From positions 1 through 64,000 of the forward strand of contig JAUCBJ010004851.1 of NCBI GenBank assembly GCA_032718475.1: a DNA stretch of 64,000 bases, read 5' to 3'. Position numbers and translations under genes: made by a program. Positions 55,217 to 64,000 of the stretch are shown here, piece by piece. This DNA is from Nemertoderma westbladi (lineage: Eukaryota > Animalia > Xenacoelomorpha). Under the pieces are notes generated by a model that was not told where the DNA came from, searched no databases, and saw only the letters and a list, made by a program, of their open reading frames with translations. Within the stretch, counting starts at the first letter, position 1; each line of letters starts with the position of its first letter.

Positions 55217-56527
55217 AATCACCCATAATATGTGAGTGACAATGCAGAATACACTGCACTAACTAAAGCTCTTTTTTTCTCTTCTTTTTTAAATCACCTA
55301 CTTTTGAAAATTTCATCAAAAATAGGTTTTTTCGGTTTTTTTAGTTTAATGTACTATAAATCAGGGCTACTTCTATACACAAGGACTTGGGACAACTTTT
55401 GCCCAATATTTTCTTGATCAACATAAACACTGTTTGTCAGCAATTAATTCTGTAATTAATTAATTAATAATTAATTTTTGTACTAACTGTAGAGTGCTGT
55501 ACTACTGTATAGAGCATTAATAGGAGATTCTAACAGTATACATTTTATAGCTGTAGGCCTATTGTGCTAATGCAAATTATACACATGCATCCTCTATCAT
55601 AAAATATGTTCAAATCATATTAATTACAGAATTATGTAATATCTATATACAGATATAACTGTATAATACAAAACCTTAAAAAACCTTTCGGTTTTTTTAA
55701 AAAACTTAACAAGAAATGGATTTTTTGACCCCGAAAACCTTACAGTGGATTATTTTGTTTTGCATTTATTATAACCGGGGCTGTATTCCTGAATTTCCAG
55801 CTTCCGTTTAATGTTTTGGTTAGAAAATGTCGGCCGTCATGTACCTGGCAGTCTACTGCAATCAGTTATTGACTCAACAAAAACCACTCCACTTGAATCT
55901 CCGCCCTCGAAAACCTATAGTGCATGGTTTCCCTTATTTATAGCCACAATAACATGGGGAATCAAATATCATAAAAAATTACCCCGTTACCATGGCAACA
56001 GAACGACGTGATATGACCATGAAAATGTCAGAAATGGATTTCTCGACCCCGAAAACCCTATAATGGACTATTTTGTTTTACATTTAAAGCCGGTTTAGTA
56101 TGAGAACTGAATGGACCCCGCTAGCGGGGGCTTACTTTTAGCTCTGGCAGTCCTGTAGTAGAGTAGTCAGCTTGGTTTTAACTGAATCGCTAAATACAAT
56201 AATAGTGTTTTGGTAATAGGCCCACTACTGTAGGCCTACTAATGGAAATGACTCTCTTCTTCAGGCTAAAACTATAAGGAACTCTCTGACTCTAACTAAC
56301 CGAAAGACTAATTGGTCAAACATACGCCTATTGAGATTGTGATTGAGATTTATTTATACCGAGTTGGTCGTACACATTAATTATAACAATAATAATTGCA
56401 TTATATTTAATTCACAGTGGTAAGCATTTTATAATTTAAAAATTTGCATTAAAGGGATTTAGTTTTTGAGTGTAGATAGTGCACTGATAGTAGTTGACAG
56501 TAGCCGAAGCTACAGTAGTTTTGTCAA

Positions 56528-57176
56528 CAAAAATAAGCACAACTAGATGGATTGGCTGAGTTGCTGGTTGATAAAAGATAATGGAGTAGGTTAACTAGAC
56601 CAGGTAGACTCTCGGGTTCAAAGGTCACATCAGCGGCGACAATAATATTATATACATCTCTGTCAACCGTTTGATCGTAACTAGACAAACTCAAATCAAG
56701 GGGCTACACTCTTATGTACAATCATTTTGAAGCTGATGACTCTGTTTGCATTGAGAAGACTTCGAGTTGAGGCAGTTAATGCGAATATTCTCGCGTAAAT
56801 TCTCCAGAACGTTTACGTTCGCGTCCGTAAACGTGTACCCCGTAGGAAGTGACGTCATACACGTAATTGTATCGGACAAACCCGCGCCGCAACCCAACTC
56901 TAGGGTTCCTTTACCATCCGTTAGATGGAATCGCCATCTCAACCACTCCGTCAGCGAGAATCCCGCGGGCCAGCTAACAAACCCGGTAGTTCCCGCAGAA
57001 AGGGTGACAATGTTCTCGCGAATAGTCACGCAGCAGTCGTAGGGTAAAACGTAAGTCCGGAAGCAGCTGGTATGCGAATCGGGTCGAGCCATAAGTGGAG
57101 AGAATCTTTCATACACCATGTCGCTAACTTCGGTAACATTATTAATGAGAAAGCAAGTTCTCGAGGGTGGGAACAC
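56528..57176 (-). pseudogene. EEF2KMT: Partial inverted duplicate of the EEF2KMT gene
   Basis: High nucleotide similarity to ~17100-17760, with deletions, a frameshift/stop at 56712 and both ends missing. Confidence 0.88.
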
Positions 57177-57956
57177 AGTAGGAATACCTTAGTTGGGGTA
57201 TCCCAGTAACGTGGTTACCGGGATATTCAGCCATGACCGGGATAATTTTGATAAAATGGTAAGACAGTTTAAGGGATTGCAAATAACTACACACAATACC
57301 AAACAGGATAATTTAAAATCGAAGATTTATTGTAAAATAAATCCCCATCCTATTGTAAAATTGTTTTATACTATAGAACATTTAGTAGTGAAACTTATTT
57401 ATCCTATTGTAAAATTTTCATATTTTGGGGTTTTCTCTTTCATCTGATACAGAATTTAATGGATATTTCAAATACTGTAATACAGTAAAACGGCTTGGCG
57501 AGATCTTTTTTAAATCTTGAGTTATCGCTGCAATCACCTCAGACCTAACAACAGTTAGACAACAATCCGGCCTACCAATTATTTATACAATCTGAGCAGG
57601 CTTACACGCCTTCTGCTCAATATTACACTTACAGATAAATAAAACTGACAGAAATAAGTAAAATCCCAATAAAAACCAGGGCTGCAGTCCCCGATTTAAT
57701 ATTAAGACCTACCGGTATATAATTATCACAATCGAAATAATACTGCTGTACCTGTAAGTACCGGCCCGGATCAGGCGTACAGTTTACCGTCCTACCGGTA
57801 CTTTATTGCCTACGGCGCAATAAAGAAACTTGAAATCTATTAATGTTCGCGCTTTTAGACCTTTAGCAGTTTAACCTGCCAATTTTAGTTGTCCTCTTGT
57901 TTATAAATCGACTTTAGCCCTTTACCAATTACCTGGTGTACTGAAGTTACATCAGC

Positions 57957-59619
57957 CAGTGCCGGATTAACCTTAAGGCATATAAGGCACGTGCCTTAAG
58001 GCCAGCCGAAAATACGGGCCATTTTTTCTCAGCGAGTCATTCCTGTGAAAATAATATTTTAATCTGAAAAGTCCACATTTTTTCTCACTAAAATTTGTAG
58101 AAAACAGAGCAAGAAAGTGCTTCTTTCGACTACTCTCTATCCCTAAATTTGTGATAGAAAGTGCAAAATTCTAGCTCAGTCGACCGACAGGTGCTGTTTT
58201 ATTACTTCGAGACCTAATGGCAGGGAAATAATAAAACAAGGGCAGTAAAACTTTAAAGTGCTAATTATGAACAATGGATAATTTTATTTTATTTATTTGT
58301 GGGCAATTATTTGTAGTTATGCTCTTAAACTTTCTAGAACAACCAAATAATGACGTGGTGGTGACATACTGGAAACACTGTACATAGTAAATGTATGGCG
58401 TGGAGATATGGTAGTGCGAAATTTTTTTTTTTACCGGAAACGAGTTTTATAAATATAGGCCCTAATAGATAAAAAAGGATAAATTATGTAGTAGTAGATA
58501 AAATAGTTGTTGATAAAATAGTTGTTGATAAAAAAAACGCGTCAGAAATAACTTTTTGTTACTAATTTAATTTAATTTAACCGAAATTCAGATGTTCTGC
58601 CCTCGTGTATTAAATTTTGCATTCGATGGCGTTTTAGGTGCAATTTCTGCAAAACCTAAAACTCTCGGACAGCATAATTGAATTTGGTTAAAATAAAATT
58701 AGTGACAAATAGTGCTTATTTCCGAGACTGTTCTCTTATAGAAGATCATTACTTTATTAGAGCACAAGCCCACAATTTTGGTGTGTTATATTTCTCAGCA
58801 AGTCCTGTAAAGATAAGTACCGTGCAAAACCTACAGAAAATAAATACCACATTTTATTCAAAATTGCGATACGATCATTTTGTAGTTTGATAGAAAGGCT
58901 TTCATAAGGTAACATTTAATTATTTTTGACCAAAAAACTGCTCTTCAACAACATAATATAAAATGCTGATATTTATTTTATTTTCATAGAAAATAGCCTA
59001 CATATCTAGGTTCATTTTACCAAAGTCTTGGACCAAGAACTTCAATGCAGGTGGTATTACAGATCCTTAAACATGAGCTAATTTACATATAAATGTCTCA
59101 AAATTTATAGAATTTTTGAAATAAACCGACCTGCTCAAAAAGTGCCATATTTTTCGAATAAACGGCTTATGAAGCTCTCTATACTCAGTTTCCGTAGTAT
59201 ATAAAAGATCACATATCATTGTGTTAAGTATTCAGAATAGTAACTTAATAAATAAAACAAATAGATTTGGGGTAATGGTCCCATTAATATATTAAAAATT
59301 AAAGCTAGAGAAATTGTACCAAAACCATTACACTTTTTATAGCAAAGGCTTTATAGGCATAATATGCCGTTCAGTAATGTTAAAAATTCTTGATGAAAAC
59401 TATTTGTGCAAAGTACTTATAATTAAAGTACTTAGTAGTTATTTGCACGCAGTCATCCAACGAAAATACTTTATATTTCCTTCGCAACATTTTCACAATT
59501 TCAGTTGTTTTTAGCAGCTTTTTCTTTTGAAAGGGTTTGCGGAAAAATTATATCTTCGGGCCATTTTTGGAAATTACTAAAATGTGCCTTAGGGCCACCA
59601 GAGGCTTAATCCGGCACTG
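57957..59619. mobile_element. hAT-type non-autonomous element
   Basis: TIR CAGTGCCGGATTAA...TTAATCCGGCACTG; 8-bp TSD ACATCAGC (57949-56 / 59620-27). Confidence 0.88.
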
Positions 59620-59687
59620 ACATCAGCCGAAGCCAGTCCGTGCGCGGCGTATGACCCACGGTGTGGGAGACTGGATTCGGATTGCAG

Positions 59688-60602
59688 TGTAGACCTACTG
59701 TATTATTCGATTGATCGCTACTATATAATTTCTGACAAATATATTTACTTTCGGGGAAATATTAACAGTTCCTTTATGACGTGGCGCTCTAAGTATAAAA
59801 ACAGAGTTATGACTTATACTAATCACAACTAGATGGCCACAGAGTTTCGTAAATAGCGCATTCTTTAGGAGATGCTTTATTAACCTTCACACTACTTCAC
59901 ACTACTTTACACTAGTTCGCACTAATCTGCCGACCATCACTGAATTTGATCATATATAAGGAGAATTGCAACTGACACACGTAGGGATTATGAAATAGCA
60001 TTTAATGCACACTAAAACCACTGTAATGTAAGTCGCAATTGCTACCGGTAAACCTGTTCCTCTAACCTTTAGTAATCAATAAGATTGAGGGGTTTATGAT
60101 TATTTATCGGTATTCTCCAAATAATAACATCAATATCCATTAATATAACAACAATTAATACTATAAAACAGAAGTAAAACAGTGCGGTGAAATGAGTTGT
60201 TCAGAGTCAGGTGAAAATTATAATGCATGAAATGTGTATCCAAGGTTAATAGATTTACGTTCTTATAACCAAGGACATCTGATGTTCCTAGGCCAAAGTC
60301 TGAAACTTCCGTACAGAAGCACAGAATTCTGAGTTGTTCTGATTCTCAGAAAATAGTAAACAAAGAGCATAATGCATTGCGCGAGTTTCCATAGGTTTCT
60401 GTTAGCCGTAAAGTGAAAATTGCTCTGATTGGCTGAATAAGACAGAACAAAGAACTTCCAAGTACACAAAGAATCAGCTGACAGATTTCGTCATCTTGGT
60501 TCTAATTCCTTCCCATCGCGTAGTGGGATAATTTTAGGGCTATTTTAGAGTATTCTGCGCATTGCGTAAAAATGACTTGTTATGTCTGGAAAAGCTTTTA
60601 CA
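59688..60602 (-). repeat. Probable 3' LTR of element C
   Basis: On the minus strand a purine tract ATGGGAGCAG is followed by TGTA; internal CCAAT and TATA-like motifs; candidate TACA end at 59688. The partner LTR lies outside the window, so the far boundary is tentative. Confidence 0.4.
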
Positions 60603-60680
60603 CTGCTCCCATAAAATGGGATTTAAGTCTATAAAATATAAAAAATCACAGTTTCTAAAATACAAAAATACTCTAAACTA

Positions 60681-63600
60681 TTAGTCCTTCTTTCGTGAAC
60701 GGCGTTTACGAAGTTTTTTGAGGCTAGTAAGAGTCCTTTTCTCTTTCGGGCGAGCCACTTTACTAGGAGGGCTATAACTCCTGGGTGAGGGGTGCAATAC
60801 AATTGCATCGGAAGGTTTTGGATTACGGTCGGTGTATCCGCCGGTCGAGGTACCTGGTTGATCGATATCAACCTCAGTAGAACGAGGTCGAACAACCTTT
60901 AGAGCGCGTTTCAGGACAGCAGCTTTTACTGGTACCTGTCGGGTCGTTTGCACGAGAGCGGTAGGTTGACCGTGAGTAGTGAGAAATTTCCTCGGTTTGA
61001 TGGTTCTTTCCAACTCGCATTGTCTGGCTCTATATTCATATGGTCATCTATGAACTTCTTGTAGCTCTGGATGCGAGTTTATGAACAAGTCACCATATTC
61101 CGGATCTTGACGGATGAAGTTGATCAAGTTATAGGAATTCAGTTTGTTAGGATTAATATTCCTAAGGTACTTGCGAACAAATTTAGTTGAAATATTCTCG
61201 CCAACACGCTTCATCAGCTCGTAGCTAGGAGTGCGAGATTTTTGCTCGACAGAAGCAAAAAGATAGGGGTGAAACGCATAGACTCCTTCATAAGCATGTC
61301 CAGGATAGTATCGATGACGTGATTCGCAATGGAGATCCGCGTTAACTTCCCAAGCTCTGATATAACACAGGGCAACCATTTCGTCTACGCTTTCTAGATC
61401 TCGGTTGAAAGGGCAATCGAAACTTGCGTGTCCTTTAAACTGACAATGATGACATTAAGTAATAAATTGAGGACAGACTGCGAAGATGTGTAGATTATTG
61501 AGTCTACAATACGCACAATAAATCTCCATAGCAGGTTGATCTTTAAAGTAGGACCAGGGTACGCTGGAGTCCACCGTGTAAAGTGATCTCGTGATGCGCA
61601 TAATCGGCAACGTTTCCTAGAAACATAATTGGCATGCCGATAATCGTATGCTGTGAGACATTGTGGACCTTGATACCATTCCAGCACGTAATCATTGTCA
61701 CTGCTCCTGGGCGCTCTGGGTTGAATCTCCTCGGACTCTAAGCAAATTGGTTCATCTTCCAATTGCATAGCTGAGGTAGGTGTAGCTGTTTCTTCAAGTG
61801 AACCCATTGTTTGAACTTCCACAATAGAATAACCCGTGGGAATTCGGGGTCTTTGTATGACAGATGAATGTAAGTTCTGTATACAAACGTCCTTAAAAAT
61901 AGCGAATCCAGCGCTGTCCAACTTCTCAGCAGCTGAGTCTCTTAAGCTGAGCTTGGTTAAAGCGCGGTCTTTGAGCTGACTATCCACATTGTGGAACGGA
62001 GTCAGAAAACGCCTAAAGCATTCAAATCGGATGAATTTATTGTGTTCATCTAGCTTGGCGAGTTTGGTTCCAAGCAGTAAGGGATGAGCGCGTATAGTGC
62101 GTCTTCACACATCGGCTAGCCAACCGGCAAGTGCGGCGTTCTCGAAGATAGTGTATATAGCTAATGAGAGGCGGAGTGGAACACTCATAAAGCTATAGTT
62201 GACGCCAGGTGCGGTTAATGGTCCGTCAAAGTATAATCGAGAATAATGATCTCCATATACTTGTTGGTAGCTGACAGGGTTTCTGACTTTGAAATTCCAT
62301 CCGTATTCTTGGATGTCCGATAGAGGTTCGTTGTACTTTATTGATTCCGCTTGATGTAGCATACATAGTTCGGAAGAAGCCTCGACCTTCTGCCCATGGC
62401 GCAATCAGCTGGGTATCTACAAAAGGATATGGGATATTCTCCATATTTCTGAAGTCATTTTGGTGATCTCCATAAACATCTGAGCCGATTTTAAGGATTC
62501 TCTCGTCAAACAGCATCTCGAGCACTGGCTGGGGTAGCATCGATCCATTTATACCCATGGCCAGTTTGCGCTCGGTATCGGTAACATAACGCTGCACGAG
62601 TTCGAATTGTCCATGTCGGAGTTTCTTTTGTATCTCGGTGAGAGTCTCAAAAGAATAATCGATCACGTCGGAACACGCTCGAGTAAACACATGGGTAGAA
62701 CCAGCTAGTCCACGTATGTGTATTATTCGCGTAGTTCCCAGTTCTCCAACCGGAAGGCTACCTTCGTTATCGTAAGTGACAACTCCATACATTTCGATAA
62801 CATTAAGAGTTTCGTTCCACTCTTTGGTGGTGTTTTCTATGGTCATACCCACTGGATGCCATAAGGTGGCACATTCACTTGCGTTACGTAGATCGCTATA
62901 CTTCAGATAATGTGTAGTATAAGTCTCTGCATCTCCATATCGCTGTATTCTCTCTTCCTCGAATAATACATCGAGATTCCAATGGACTAATCGAGTTTTA
63001 ATAAATCCATCGAGATTATACTGAGGCATTATGTCCTTTTATATTCTTGAAACATTATAAGGTTTTCTGAATGAGTTTACTTTAACCAATTGATCTACAT
63101 GTTTCTGTAGTTGTTCGAGTTCGACAAGATCTAGGGGGTTTATCAGTGGTAGAAACCTTAAACTGTGTGTAGTATCTTCTGGTTTCACCATATAATATTG
63201 AGTTAAATTGACATAATAGGGGTGGTCTTTGATCCCATAAAATGAGTTCGGTAAAGGTCTAGCGCGTAGGTTGACCTCGTGTACCATACAACGGACAAGA
63301 TCCGCTCGATTGTCTGGAGGTTCAACGAGTATACCGTCGACACGAGCCGCCTCGATTGGCGGACATTGTAACATAGGAGCGTCAGCGATAAGATCTCTAG
63401 ATCTTAAGTTGATATCAACCGGTTGGGGTTGTACCGTGGCGAAGAGTTTGTCTCCGAAATTGGGAACCATCGAAGGATGAATGATGGTTTTGGAATAGAG
63501 ATCAGTCATAAGGATTTGACTTCTGGCTGGGCTAAAGCTCTTCTTCTCTTTTATCCATTTCGATGTGCTTCTCCTCTAGCTGATTTTCTTCCGCTTGTCG

Positions 63601-64000
63601 TTGGAAGCGTTCGTCCAAAAACTCTTGTAGAGAGTATGTTCGTCCAAGTTCGATGTCTTCTTCGAGATTCTGGATTTCCCTATCGAACTGGGGTAAAGCC
63701 AATTCCTTTACCGCTTGTTCTTGCTGCTGCAATTTACGTTTGTCTAAACAATCGTAGGTTCCTTTTCCGATCTTTTGTCGAATAGCGTATAACGCGTTTC
63801 ATACAATGCTCTCCTCCACTTCGGTGACAGGTTGTATCGGGGTTAAACAGGGACGATTATATGGGTTGAACGGTGATATTAGATGTCCGCATCCCAATCC
63901 GGCTAGGTAGGATGGGCGAATATCTAGAGAGCCCACAACCGGAGTGCCACCGACCAATTGTTCAGGTAACTCTAGATATTTGAACAAGGAATACAACTCA
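60681..64000 (-). pseudogene. Element C: frameshifted accessory ORF with a DEDDy exonuclease-like domain and knuckle remnants, homologous to the C-terminal half of the element A ORF
   Basis: EW..T...G...YDNEG, IHIRG..G..HVF, MLPQPVLEMLFDERILKIGSDVYGD, PFVDTQLI..W....G.FR, YTIFE, CRLCASRDH, and a basic tail, all collinear with element A. Confidence 0.75.

Overview
AT-rich animal (invertebrate-type) genomic DNA made almost entirely of nested transposable elements. It holds two host genes: an intronless EEF2KMT/FAM86-like methyltransferase (plus an inverted pseudogene copy) and a two-exon C2H2 zinc-finger array. The main interest is a set of BEL/Pao-type LTR retroelements. Element A (908-13382) has 1.9-kb near-identical LTRs with TA...TA ends. 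Its one intact 2336-aa ORF runs Gag, then a truncated protease, then a DEDDy-type 3'-5' exonuclease and three CCHC knuckles, with no RT, RNase H or integrase. Element B (34514-48998) has identical 530-bp LTRs, a broken gag-pol and a decayed triple-knuckle ORF after pol. Element C (about 59688 to the window end) carries a divergent, decayed copy of the exonuclease ORF next to a PPT and probable LTR. Neither A nor B has a tRNA primer-binding site. In both, the 10-11 nt right after the 5' LTR are perfectly complementary to a sequence inside their own LTR, which suggests tRNA-independent self-priming. Element A also carries six copies of a 17-bp near-palindrome and a tRNA-like Pol III cassette in its LTR. 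The region 29-55 kb is a five-level nest: P/THAP transposase > Gypsy > RTE > BEL/Pao > TIR element. All calls come from reading the sequence by eye; no database searches were run.
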